From positions 56,420,001-56,484,000 of the forward strand of contig OX597820.1 of assembly GCA_951406725.2 (NCBI GenBank): 64,000 nt of DNA. Direction: 5' to 3'. The notes under the pieces are model-generated. The model did no database searches and was not told where the DNA came from. It was given only the letters and a program-made list of their open reading frames with translations. The DNA comes from Octopus vulgaris. Its lineage: Eukaryota. Below are positions 26,670 to 41,770 of the stretch, one piece after another. The position numbers and the translations under genes are program-made. The stretch's first letter is position 1, and every line of letters starts with the position of its first letter.

Positions 26670-27580
26670 TGAAATTTTCTGTACCCATCCCTCGCGATGC
26701 GAGCGGCGGGGGCTCCACCTCGTCCTTTTATAGAGGGTTAGTGGCTGGTAAGTGCGACGATGTCCCGGGGGAGACTGGGTTTCGATGACGGTCAACTCAC
26801 CAAACTTCCAGAGGACTTTTTGCCGGGGCCCATGGATAACTACCAGAAATCCCTGGCCTGGCAATGCTACCGAGGAGCTTTGCCTGTTCGCGATAACTCT
26901 TCAAGCACAGATGTACAGACACACAGATATGTCCGAGATGCGAACTGAGCTACGAAACTGCTCTGCATACTATCATACGGTGTCCGTTGATTTCGGATCT
27001 ATGGGTTTACCTTAGAACACCTGCTGTCACGTCTGGGAAGAGTACAGTTGTCAACTAAGTCCATTATCAAAATTGTCCCACCTCCTTCCCTTAACCGGTA
27101 AAGGCAGGTGACTTTCCTCTGCTTGGTGGCTATAGCGACAGTGGTCGTGTGGTTGACGAAAGTGAAAGGAATTAAGACGGGCAACTTTCTTGCTGGCCAG
27201 AGTTTAATAAACTATTTCACATACCACCTCAAAAGAAAAATAAGGCTAGAGAGAGAGAGAGAGAGGGAGGAGGGAGGGAGGGAGAGAGAGATGTTACTGC
27301 CGCGTGTGTTCAGGACTAGATGGATGCAAGTGACGCGATCGTTGAGCATGAATGTGGCCAACTTGAACGTATACCGTAGTCTCTTGTGTGAGAACAGTGC
27401 TGGGTCGTGGCTTGTGGGGTCTCCACGTTCAACATTTCATCTTGTTGTCTCATCATTATACCATGTCTAACTTTTATCTTATTTCTTTTTGTTCCTCCAT
27501 CCGCTCATTCAACCCTGTAGTAGACGCCTAATTGTTCTTGTCTGTCCTGTAGCGTCCCTCTATGTCAGCCTAAAGGATTA
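26670..27580 (+). mobile_element. Tx1/L1-like LINE 3' end (zf-RVT region + 3'UTR), decayed
   Basis: NYQKSLAWQCYRGALPVRD...CPRCELSYETALHTIIRCPLISDLWVYLE...VAIATVVVWLT; frameshifts and a (GA)n expansion. Confidence 0.82.
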
Positions 27581-28140
27581 AATTTATTACCGAACAACCT
27601 CACAGATAATTTGTTTATAGCGATCAAATGATTGTGTAGACATAAAATTACTCCCCCCCCCCATCTGTACAGGTGCAACAAGTGCCACATACCAGATGAC
27701 AAAATGATCGTAGAACAACGTGAAATGAAGTGCTTTGCTCAAGAACACAACGCAACACGCGGCCTGGAAATCGAACCCACTAAGCTATGTGCCTTCGTGC
27801 ATACATACATACATACATGGTGGCTGCCCCTCGTTATCGAGTATGGCCATTGCACGAATCTTAATCAATGTTGCTATCATGCAATGCCTGTGCAAGAAGA
27901 TTTTTTTTAAAGTGGGGAAAGGCTGTGCACTGAGTCACTCCCACTCACTAAGCAACAGCAGCCATAATCCGAAAAGGAGAAGTCAACATCATCGGTAACC
28001 ACTGAGCCGCAGGTTTTATATCGGAGTTATCCCAGTTACCTTCTCCTAGAAGGATGCCCTAACAAAGCTAGGAGCCCTTCACTCCCAATGGTTTAACCGC
28101 GCGATCGGGTATTCAGTCCGATTATTTCTATGTCCCCGCG

Positions 28141-28213
<73 letters not shown>

Positions 28214-29903
28214 GTTACCAGGTATATATATACCTGACTTTTCAGTTCTTAGGCCATTCCCACCGTCATCTAGCTGTTTTGGTCTTGTTCTAAAGCTCCG
28301 CATCCTTGCTGTCCGACTGCTTTACTTAACCGCTGTAAACGAATCAACACCAGTTAAGCAGTGTGCTTGCGTGCGTGCGTGTGTGTGTGATACACAAGCA
28401 CGCACACTCATATACATATAAGCATCCACATATACGTATACGACGAGCTTCCATACAGTTTCCGTCAATTAAATTTACTCACAAGGCATTGTTCGGCCCG
28501 TGGCTTTAATGGGAGGACGCTAGCCCAAGGTGCCTCGGAGTGAGACTGAACCGAAAACTACTCAATTCCGAAGCTAATGACTTAGCCATATAACCATGTC
28601 TTCAGTCATAGATTGTGTATTCTAAGAATAGAAATTCTGATTGGATCGTAGAGAGGGTGAAAAAGAAAAAACTAGTAATTTTTGTTGACGTCAATGAGGT
28701 TATTTTGATAGAGTGGGGAGACTGCAGGGTGCATGTACGCTCTGACAGAAATGTGATGCCATATTGCTAAAAAGTCATCGTGTATAAAAAAAATGGTAAG
28801 GAAGGAGTTAAATTTGATCTGTTAGGTGTGCAGTGTGAACTTAATTGACAGCCTGATTGCAAGTGAAAGAGAGTGAAACAGAGAAAGCAATTCGTAATTG
28901 GAATCGACGACTAAAGAAAACAACAGGAAATTTGCTAATTGGTATATGTGGAATTGGTTCTGTACACACAGTAGAGATACGAGTACAATGAAGTAAGCCT
29001 CTGGCCAATTCTCGGACAAATTATTCCATTTCACTTATGTCTCCTGCCTTTATGTGTCCGGGGGTGGTCAATAACCTAGAAATAGACTAGCTGACATGAT
29101 GATGAAATCCTTAGTGGTGTTCAAATAATATAATAAAAGGCACGGATTTATTTGTCTTTCTTTTTATTTTCCTACATTAGAGAAGATTGAATTAGTACCG
29201 AGTTCTGATGAGAAACAGTTCGACATTCAACGAATAAAGAAAAATATAACGAGAAGATAATTGAATAGAGATAAGTGCGAAGCGACCAAAGGAAGCGCTT
29301 AGATAGATTTCATTTTTGTTTTTTGTCTGGTTTAACAACTCTATATAAAAACAATAGCAAAACGCAAGAACTGAAACAGGAAGGTTATTCTTGACACTAA
29401 CTCATGATGATGATGTCACTATAGAAAAAAAAAAGTTGAGATCATCGACGACGACGACGACAATGATGATGTTCCCTATTAGGATAACTAATGACAACAA
29501 GAACGTTAACATCACCTTTGCTGTGGTTATGGTTCGTCAACATTGCTTCGCAAGGAGCATAGGACCGGTTTCCCGGTTTTTCTAGCGCATATATTCCTCC
29601 CTGAATGGGATACCGGTCCGTCACGAGATTACCCATTTTAGTAGCTGAGTGGACTGGAACAACGTGAAAATGAAGTGTTTTGCTCAAGAACACACGGCAA
29701 CACCCAGTCTAGGAATCGGAACCAGAATCTTAGAATCACGATTCTAATACCCTAACCACTAATCCATGCGCCTCCTCTCAATAGCTAACCACTATTTAGA
29801 AGACACCTTTTTTTTAGCAGCCTTCAAAGAAAACCGTTTAACTTCTACTATGCAACATAAGTATAAAACCAGATGAGATAATGATATGTCAGTGTTGTTA
29901 TTG

Positions 29904-29940
<37 letters not shown>

Positions 29941-30193
29941 ACAAATTAATAAATAAAACATATGCATATATACATACATATATGTACGTACCTACATCTA
30001 CATGTATATATACATGCATATATGGGTACAGGACACAAAAAAAAAACGTCGAACACAATGAGAAACGAAAACATAAACACAAAACCAAGGAAATGGACAT
30101 TTTTCTTAAACAACGAACAAATAGAGTACAGGACATACAACACTAGGAAAATTCCCCTTCTTCAGTCGCCTCTGTTTCATCTACTCCGCGTTT

Positions 30194-30498
<305 letters not shown>

Positions 30499-30571
30499 TA
30501 TTTTACTATAAAATTGGATTCAATCCTAAATCTGATTTTTCCCTGTAAATTTGGATTTATTCCCTAATATT

Positions 30572-30629
<58 letters not shown>

Positions 30630-30794
30630 AAGGATAAATGCCGGAGCCTCTTTGTACATATGCAATATTTACAATCCATATATCAACAAATTACAAGTAC
30701 AGGGCCTCTGTACACGAACAAAGGAAACAGCAGATTTCATTGGCGTGTAAGAAATAGGAATGGAACTAAGAAGCAGAGATTACAGCGGTGATTG

Positions 30795-30826
<32 letters not shown>

Positions 30827-31692
30827 CACAATGATAACAATGATAACAAATATTTATTTTTCTCGAAGATAGAGATATATGCTCAATAGTGAAAGTTGTA
30901 CAAGTTTTATTTATACTCTCGTTGAAATACATTGTTAGACTGTCTGAGAATAGCGCAATGCACATTTATAAGTACCTATTTATCAAATTTAAATAAAATA
31001 CTAACAAAATATTCTTATTGAAATATTTAAAGAAATAAATTAAAGTAAATTTTCTGAAGATAAAGAAATAAAGAAAAAGCCCAGCCAACCAACCAACCAA
31101 ATAGTCAAACAAACAAAAAATAGTTATAGAATTAGAAAGAATGAAAAAGAAGTTAAGTCGTCGCTTATAGATAATTTAAAACATGGCACATAATAAGAAA
31201 TTAATAAAAATTCGTTTGGTAGTTCGGGGCAATTATTAAAGTTACACATCACTAATAGTCAATGAAAAAAGAAAATGACATCGCTTTATTGAATAAGATT
31301 AACAAGTTAAATAAATAAATAAATACATAAAATTAAACTAAAGACAATTTTCTTTTATTCATCTTTCAAATAAGATACTTTACATTTCCATAATTTATCC
31401 AAATATGGAGATGTATGCTTTTGTTTATAGCTTTTAATGCATTTGATTCTACTACGAAATATCATGTTACTGTCCAATAACTGACTATTTCAAAACATAT
31501 TCTTTACTTTAGAGTCCTTCATTCATTTCCTGTAATTCAGTCACTGAATAGCCAGCCAGGCTTGGGGATCTAAATCGCCTTTGTTTTGATAGTTTTCCCA
31601 TACTGACCAAAATTTAAATTTATGTCCTCTCTTCTTGGACATTATGGTTCTGTCTTTTCTTTTACTGGTTTCAGTCATTGGACTACGGCCAT

Positions 31693-32375
31693 TAGGGTGG
31701 AGTGAAAATAAAAAAAATTGTGGAAATTGAAACTGCCTGAGAACTAAAATGCTGCTAGATTTTATTATTAGAAAAATGCTAAATTTTCGCTGAGATCAAT
31801 CAAAGGCATTTCCTCCCTCAGGCCCCCTAAACTCCGGAATTGGGGGATTTTTGGAATTTTTATACAATAGCCGAGTTTGGGAGGGGGTGTTGAGGCAGTA
31901 AGTGCTCTTGACTGATCGAAGCTAAAATTTAGCATTTTTATAATAATAATATATAGCAAGATTTTAGGCCTCAGGCATTTTCAATTTTATATTTTCATTC
32001 CACGCTAATACACATGTATATGTTTGAGGGTATTTAGATTGTGTAATGTAGGGTGGAGTGAAAATAAAAATAAAATTATAAAAATTGAAGATGGCTGAGG
32101 CCTAAAATCTTGCTATATATTATTACTAGAAAAATGGTGAATTTTCGCTTCGATTCGTTAAGGACATTTACTCCATCAGCCCCCCCCCCCAAACTCCGCT
32201 ATTGTAAAAGGTTTACAAAAGTCCCTCATTTTCGGAGTTTAAGGGAATTGAGGGAGTAAATGCTTTTAAATGAACTCAGCGAAAATTTAGCATTTTTCTA
32301 GTGATTAAATATAACAACGTTTTGGTTCTCAGGTATTTTCAATTTCCACAATTTTTTAATTTTCACTCCGCCCCA
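31693..32375. mobile_element. hAT-like MITE dimer with 8-bp TSD, inserted in a SINE
   Basis: TIR tagggtggagtgaaaa / ttttcactccgcccca; TSD acggccat at 31685-31692 and 32376-32383; internal TIRs at 31992-32007 and 32049-32064. Confidence 0.85.
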
Positions 32376-32935
32376 ACGGCCATGCTGGTGCACCGCTATG
32401 AAGGGTTTAGTCGAGCAAATCGACCACAATTCCTACTTTTAAAGTTTGGTGCTTATTCTGTCGATCTCTTTTGCTGAAGTATTAAGTTACCGATACATAA
32501 ATAAAGCAACACCGGTTGCTAAGCGGTGGTGGACGAGAAAAACGACATGCACATACATACGAGGGGGCTTTGGTTAGAAGAAAATACAGGAGGATCAGTT
32601 AATTATGATTTTATTTAATATATTTCCCTCTCAGATACACATACTTATTGCAGCAGTCCTTTAGTTTTTCTAAGCCCTGTAAAAGAACTCGGAAGGTTGG
32701 GCTTCCAGCCAGGCCTTTCGTGGTTCCCTGAAAGCCAGGAACTTTTCAACAAATAATATATATATATAATTATAAATCATATATTATTTGATTCTCTGTC
32801 TGAAGAATTTCAAATAGGAAATTTCTTGCATGTTTATCCAACATCTATAATTTTGTGATTCCTATTAGCAAATAAAACACGTGTAATGGTGAATAAATAA
32901 CACCAAAACTTTTTTCAGATTCCTGTTTTGTTACA

Positions 32936-33002
<67 letters not shown>

Positions 33003-33026
33003 GTATACATATATATATATACATAT

Positions 33027-33081
<55 letters not shown>

Positions 33082-33603
33082 CACATATATATACATATCA
33101 TATATATATATGCATACATATACATATATATATATGCATATATATGTATACGAATATATACATATATACATATTTATACATATATATACATACATATATA
33201 TATATATATATGCATATATATGTATACGAATATATACATATATACATATTTAGTGAGGGTGCGTGGCTTAGTGGTTAGGGCATTCGGCTCATGATCGTAA
33301 GGTTGTGAGTTCGATTCCCGGCGACGCGTTGTGTCCTTGAGCAAGACACTTTATTTCACGTTGCTCCAGTCCACTCAGCTGGCAAAAATGAGTTGTACTT
33401 GTATTTTAAAGGGCCAGCCTTGTCACTCTCTGTGTCACGCTGATTATCCCCGAGAACTACGTTAAGGGTACACGTGTCTGTGGAATGCTCAGCCATTTGC
33501 ACGTTAATTTCATGAGCAAGCTGTTCCGTTGATCGTATCAGCTGGGACCCTCGTCGTCGTAACCGGCGGAGTCTTTTTTTTATACATATTTATACATATA
33601 TAT

Positions 33604-33694
<91 letters not shown>

Positions 33695-33723
33695 TATATA
33701 CAAATATACATATACATACTTAC

Positions 33724-33835
<112 letters not shown>

Positions 33836-34131
33836 ACATATATTTATATATACATATATATATATGTATATATACAAAGGAAAGACAGAAGATGGAATAT
33901 AAGAGAATATATTATTAATCACAACAATCTTTTCAACACATCTAGCATCGACTCCTTTTGTGGGACACTCAACAACTGGTTCAGGAGCATCCGGTGATGC
34001 AGACGTATCTCATCAGGTGATGAATAAATAAAAAAAACTCGTTAAAATGACTGTCCCACAATGCAACTTACTGTTATGTGGAGAGAAAAACAGGTAGATG
34101 GAGGAAAATTCTCCATATATATAGATAAAAA

Positions 34132-34199
<68 letters not shown>

Positions 34200-34259
34200 C
34201 ATACATACATACATACATACATACATACATACATACATACATACATAAATATATATATA

Positions 34260-34303
<44 letters not shown>

Positions 34304-35399
34304 TATATACATATATATATACATACATATATACACACATATATATGTATGCACACACATATATACGACGGGTTTCTTTCAGTTTCCGTCTACCAAATCC
34401 ACTCACAAGGCTTTGGTCGGACCGAGGCTATAGTAGAAGACACTTGCCCAAGATGCTACGCAGTGGGACTGAACCCGGAATCATGTGGTTGGTAAGCTAC
34501 TTACCACACAGCCTCTCTTGTGCCTATAAAGCCACTCCTGAATCATATATATATATATATAAGGGTAAAGACCTTCTTCGATTACGAATGACCACAAGTC
34601 AGGAGTGCACCTAGAAAGTTACCCTCCAAGGCACAAGTCCGAATAAGGTTGTTTCATGGAAAACCAGCAGTCGCCCACGTATAGCAACCTCGCAGCCTCC
34701 CCTCTCCACGTCACCGATGTTGTCCAAAAGAAAGGCAAAGACTGATACAGCTTGGCACCAGTGACGTCGCAACTCATTTCTACAGCTGAGTGAACTGGAG
34801 CAACGTGACATAAAGTGTCTTGCTGAAGAACACAACACGCAGCCCGGTCCGGGAATCGAAATCACACCTCCATGATTATAAACTCGACGCTCTAACCACT
34901 GACCACTGAGCCATACACTTTCATACTCACACACCCACTCAGGGACAGACAAACAGACAGATAGACACACACACACCCACACATGTACACACAAAAAAAT
35001 GGTTGAATTGTGTACCACCGTAGGGCTGTACATCTATAGCATCATGGCACCTATGTTACTAGCTTACCAGGAGGGTATTCTTTCATCATTTATCATAGAT
35101 CTTTTTGCTATATCAGCAGATGATGCGTCATCTATTTACGAAAGAAACTTATTATTGGTGGGTGTTAATATATTTCATAAGAAAATAGGAAAATAAAATA
35201 AAATAACATAAAATAGGAATAAACATAAATAAAACAAAATAGCTGTTATATATATGTATGTCTATAGATTTTACTAAAGTGTGTGTGTGCGTTTTTTGAA
35301 AGAAAAAACAAAATCATTTATGTATTTATGCTTGTGCGCATTAGTATTTTAAAATTAAAATAATACGTTATATGCACGTATTATTTCAGTTTATAATTA

Positions 35400-35467
<68 letters not shown>

Positions 35468-36279
35468 TGTGCATGTTAATCTATTCTTAAACAAAGAACG
35501 GTTAAAGTTGGATATACATTAGTATCTATTATGTTTACCTGTAAAATTGTCAATGAAACAATAAATATTATTATTAATTAAAACTTCCAATTTAGTCTTT
35601 GTTATTTGAAATTATCTTATCTATTTAATTTGTATTAATCCCGGGTGTAGTATAATGTGTATGACATGATCAGGTTGGGTATTCAATATAAGAAATTCGT
35701 CCTTTACGTCATCAAAGATTGTGTTGTAGTTATTAGACCTCTATTTTGTTTATAGATTAAAAGATATATACTATCATAACATTCAATCTAACATAATATA
35801 ATATACTATATTTATTTATCGAATTTTATTGAATAATATTAAGTTATACATTAAGGCGGCGGGCTGGCAGAAACTTTAGCACATCGGGCGAAATGCTTAG
35901 CGGTATTTCGACTGTCTTTATGTTCTGAGATCAAATTCCACCGAGGTCGACTTTGCCTTTCATCCTTGCGGGGTCGATAAATTAAGAGCCAGTTGCATAC
36001 TGGGCCGATCTAATCGACTGGGCCCCTCCTCCAAAATTTTGGGCCTTGTGCTAGAGTAGAAAACAATATTAAATTATATTTAATTTAATTATATTTTCGA
36101 AATACATATTTAAAGGAATGTTTACAAGATAAAACAGATTCTTGACGGTTATTAAGAATTTTAAATTTGGAAGTAAAGATTTGGTAGATTTCGTCAACGC
36201 ATAAGTTAGTTTTAAAATAGGTTAACATAAACACACACAAATAATTATAAACTGAAATAATACGCGCATATAACGTATT

Positions 36280-36625
36280 ATTACCTCTGCCTTAAGGAAG
36301 GCGGAGGTATTGTTCCAGTGGTATTGTTCCAGTGGTATCTCAAGAACCGCTGAATGGATTCGGATGAAACTTTCAGGAATACTTGGCCTTGTAACTGGCA
36401 CGACTTGATTAGCTTTTGGGATCGATCTGGTTCCGGACAAGGATTCTGGACTATTTTTCCTATTTTATTTTACTTGATTTTTGATAGCAGTCGAGTTCAT
36501 ATTTAGTATTCTCGTTTATGAGAGCAGTCAAGATATTCTCATTTTAAAAATCATCTCTGGCTAATCATAGAGAGAAGACATTGGTGTTGTCTTGGCGGAG
36601 GTTTGCGCTCTTTGAGTGCTCTTGT
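36280..36625 (+). mobile_element. HINE/DINE-like element copy
   Basis: acctctgccttaaggaaggcggaggt 5' hairpin; ttggcggaggtttgcgctctttgagtgctc 3' end. Confidence 0.7.
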
Positions 36626-36676
36626 TTTAATTTTCAGATACTTGCACAAGCAAGAATGAATAAATGAATTGGTTTA

Positions 36677-36764
<88 letters not shown>

Positions 36765-37512
36765 TTAGTAAAATCTGTAGACATACACATATATATAACG
36801 GCTATATTGTTTAATTTATTTTTATTCGCATTTCGTTTAATTTATTTTTGTTCGTATTTTATTTTAGTTTCCTATTTTCTTATGAAATATATTAACACTC
36901 CCACCTCACATATAAACATATCTCTGTTTATTTAGTCTGTGTTAAAATCTCAAACTAACAACAGTAGGGCTAATTAACATAAAAAAGATTACAGTTCTTT
37001 TATGTCAATTAGCCCTAATGAGATTTTACTTAATATACTAAGTGCAAATTTTATTTTGTTTATATAATTGAAACAATTGTAGGCATTTTTAATTAACTAT
37101 ATGTTAATAAATTAATTTATATCTATATACTCTCCACTTTCTTCTTGTTTATCATACTCTACATTTTTAATACACCCATTTATATCGATGTGATATTTCT
37201 CGTAGGCACATGATATCAAACTGCGAGCTGGCAGAAACGTAAGCGCGCCGGGCGAAATGCTTAGCGGTATTTCGTCTGCGTTACGTTGTGAGTTGAAATT
37301 CCGCTGAGGTCGACTTTGCCTTTCATCCTTTCGGGGTCGATAAATTAAGTACCAGTTACGTACTGGGGTCGATGCAATCGACTTAATACCTATGTCTGTC
37401 CTTGTTTGTCCCCTCTGTGTTTAGCCCCTTGTGGGTAGTAAAGAAATAGGTATTAAACCAGTGTAACCAGGATGATTTTATCTCTATAAGAGGAGTACAT
37501 ACCCTCGCAGTG

Positions 37513-37579
<67 letters not shown>

Positions 37580-37625
37580 CATACATTCGTTATATGCTTT
37601 AATAGATATAATATATACATACATA

Positions 37626-37833
37626 CGACGGGGTGATGAAAAGTTCCCGGCTTTAAGGGTGTCACGAAAAGCCTGGCTGGAGGCCCAACCATCCTAATTC
37701 TTTTAAAGGGGTAAGAAAAACTGAAAGACCGGTGCGATAAGTGCGTGAATCTGAGAGGGAAATATGTTGAATAAAACTGATCCTCCTGTATTTTCTTTTT
37801 ACTCTAAGCCAGGAACTTTTCAGCACACCCTCG
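37626..37833. mobile_element. Mariner-type MITE (related copy at ~32560-32750)
   Basis: TIRs cgacggggtgatgaaaagttcccggctt / aagccaggaacttttcagcacaccctcg, 5' TA flank. Confidence 0.75.
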
Positions 37834-37846
37834 TGCATACATACAT

Positions 37847-37938
<92 letters not shown>

Positions 37939-37955
37939 GCATGTATATATGTGTG

Positions 37956-38001
<46 letters not shown>

Positions 38002-38219
38002 CACACGTACATACACACACACATCTATATATATTAAAAGGATGTGTTATAATACTATTCCACACATAAAAAAAAAACACACCTATACCAACAATCTAGC
38101 ATACCTCCATCGTCTGCTGCCCCACGGATATCATTATGGTTTCGACACGCAAGCATCACCCTTCAATCCGGTGGTGTTAATAACACTGAAATAAGTGTTG
38201 TTCGGGAACAAGCATACCA

Positions 38220-38255
<36 letters not shown>

Positions 38256-38487
38256 TTTATTACTGAAACTGCAAAAACATCACAAATATATCACAAAAAA
38301 ACTACTACTCAGTTGAGATTCTTAATTACAACTGTCCGACGAATGGAAACGTGAAACTCTGAGTAGCAGTTTTTTGTGATATGTTTGTAATGTTTTTGCA
38401 GCATTAATAGTAAATCATATTACTCTACTTACGGTATTCCAGTACTACTTTTTCCCGCATTGTTTCACATTTATGTGCTTACTCTAG

Positions 38488-38564
<77 letters not shown>

Positions 38565-38633
38565 GTCTATCTATCTATCTATCTATCTATCTGTCTATCT
38601 GTCTATCTATCTATCTGTCTATCTGTCTATCTG

Positions 38634-38689
<56 letters not shown>

Positions 38690-38694
38690 CATAC

Positions 38695-38771
<77 letters not shown>

Positions 38772-38873
38772 GGTCCCGGGTTGATTCGGGGTTAACCACA
38801 GTAAATAAGGTACTCAATACATAGCAGAGTAAAATTAATTTATTATATAGAAGGAGCTCCTTCTATATAATAA

Positions 38874-38955
<82 letters not shown>

Positions 38956-39009
38956 TATTAGGTAGCAAGAATATATATATATATATTTATAATTAAAATA
39001 TTAGGGTAG

Positions 39010-39056
<47 letters not shown>

Positions 39057-39728
39057 GTCTGTGCGTATGTATATTTGAGTGAGTGAGTTAGTGTATTGTG
39101 TAGACACTAAGACTCACATCCACGAACCTAAGCAGTGTAATTTTAGTTCACTAAAGTGAGATATTTAATCATTGAGAGTGAACATTGACTGAACAAGTAG
39201 TCGGTGCTATGAGTTTACGTCAATGTGAACGAATTCCTTAAAATGCACTACATAAAGCAACTATAGAAAAGTAATCTCGTAGGACTTTTATGCATTCCGT
39301 TAACTAATCACCTCGTCAGCTGCCGTTGAACTAAAGACAATAATTCATTCTCAGCCATACATTATGTATAACGGTTGTTGACATCACGAGTGTTTGGTAT
39401 CGAAATTGACCAGAAACGGACAAAAGGTATGAAGCAGACACTTTATATATTTCTGATGAATAATAACTGTCTTTGGAGGGAATATAATAAGTCGGGGCGC
39501 TTAAATAAATGCCAGAAGCAATGTAGTAGATAGATTCGCATGAACCTTCACAGTGCAGTTTACACACGCACACACACACATCACACTCGACAAGAGTATA
39601 CATACATAAGTAGGCACATACCCACACACACTCTGCACAGTACACACACACACACAAGCACATAGTCGAATTTATTGAGTATTTAAATATGTATATGTAC
39701 ATGCAGATACACATACATACATAATATA

Positions 39729-39770
<42 letters not shown>

Positions 39771-39781
39771 ATATACATATA

Positions 39782-39824
<43 letters not shown>

Positions 39825-40704
39825 ATATATATTTATACACACACACAAATATATATATATATACACTCAATCACCTATTCACACATAAACATACGTACCT
39901 TACACACACACAGCCAATAGCAAGCCATTATATATTCAACATCATGATAATAGAGCAGCGGACATAATTCAGAGAATAGTTATCACTCCAAGCAAACCAT
40001 TAATTATGTATGCATACAGATGTTTCGACGCTGCTAATTCCAACCTATCTTCCATAACATAGGCAAACCCCCACCACTGCCACACACACACACACACACG
40101 TACAGACTCACATGCACACACGCTCATACGAACTCACGCACACACATACATACCAAGGCCTAGGTATAATATTAGAGATGATAACATTTGGCACACAATT
40201 CTACACGCAGTACTGTTAAAATACAAAGCTCTCTAATTAAAGTCTATTATGGCAAATCTATCGATTCATGGCATCAGAAATTGAAGTTAGATTAGCTCCT
40301 ATTATAGAGTTTCTGTTACTGATCCGACAGTATTTTTAAATGTTAATCTAGGTTAGTGCGAAGACATGTATCCATACATATGAACAGATGCGTGCACACA
40401 CATATACATACACACTTATACACCCACATAGATGGAAGAATGCCCCAAATACACTCATATACCTATTTATGCATACGTATGCAAAATGACCAGTATGTAT
40501 ATATTATTATAGATATCAAATTTATTCGTAAATATTTATTTTCATCTACATATTTATCAATTTAATCATTTTTTTCTCTCTCTCTCCTTGTCTCTTTGCA
40601 TGCATACATACATACATAAATAGATACATAGATACATACATACATACATACATACATACATACATACATAAATAGATACATAGATACATACATACATACA
40701 TACA

Positions 40705-40735
<31 letters not shown>

Positions 40736-40917
40736 GTGCATACTTATGTACATACATACAGCAACGAAAATTGTTATATATATGTGTATATAGCTATGTG
40801 TATATAAATACATACATACATCTACCTCGCCATCCCCCGGGGTAACGCCTTTTCTATATTGTCTATCGAGACCATGAAATTGTCTGACTTACAGGAAATT
40901 GTACGTTCTACTCCTTA

Positions 40918-40960
<43 letters not shown>

Positions 40961-40964
<4 letters not shown>

Positions 40965-41770
40965 GTCATGCCATAAATAATGCAGATTTTTCAATTGTAT
41001 GAACTAAAAGTCGCAGGGGGACAGGATAAACTAACTACATCAACTTACTATAATTGCACGTAGTTATCTTATCTTGTCCTTAATCTTTGTGCAATTTTTG
41101 AAGAGTGCAAATTTTAACAGTTATGTTTTCAAATCTATAATGGAAGTGACAAAGGAGCATATTCGGTATATTTTGCTTTATGTGTTCAATAGAGGCAATA
41201 ACGCAACGGAAAGTACGCGGAACATCAATGCAGTATGTGGGCATCGAACAATAAGCGTAAGCTAGTGCCAACGGGGGTTTTCAGAAATTCCGTAGATAGT
41301 TCCAGAAATTCTGTAGAGCTCGACGAGGGTGTCTTGTAAACCCCGATGGAACAAAATCCCATCATAACTGTTGAGGAACTAGCAGAGAAGCTTGGATTTG
41401 GTCGTTCAACCATTCATCGACACCTGCGTGCCATCAGAAAACGATCACCTTTGGTTTTAAGACGAAAGGTGTTCTTCCATCAGGATAATGTTCGGCCACA
41501 TACAGCAAAAATAACATTCTAAAGGCTGGAGTAGTTTGAATGGGAAACGATGCCCGACCCACCATATTTGCCAGACATTGCCTCATCTGATTTACATTTA
41601 TTCCACAGTCTTCAAAACCATTTGGATGGACAAAATATGAATTATGTAGAGGAGGTCAGAACAGTATTGGAGGAGTATGTTTCTTCGCAGACAAGTGGAT
41701 TTTGGAAGAGGGGCCTTGCAAATCTATCATATAGATGGAAGAGCATTATAGAAAATTGTAGATTATATAT
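40961..41770 (+). mobile_element. Mariner transposon remnant, internally deleted
   Basis: TA + TIR ttgggtcatgccataaataatgc; MEVTKEHIRYILLY..., HQDNVRPHT, PPYLPDIASSDLHLFHSLQN, LSYRWKSIIE. Confidence 0.9.

Noticed and set aside
29198-29235. Hammerhead at CTGATGA-gaaac/gtttc
   Set aside because: GAAA replaced by GACA and no stem III; at most a relic
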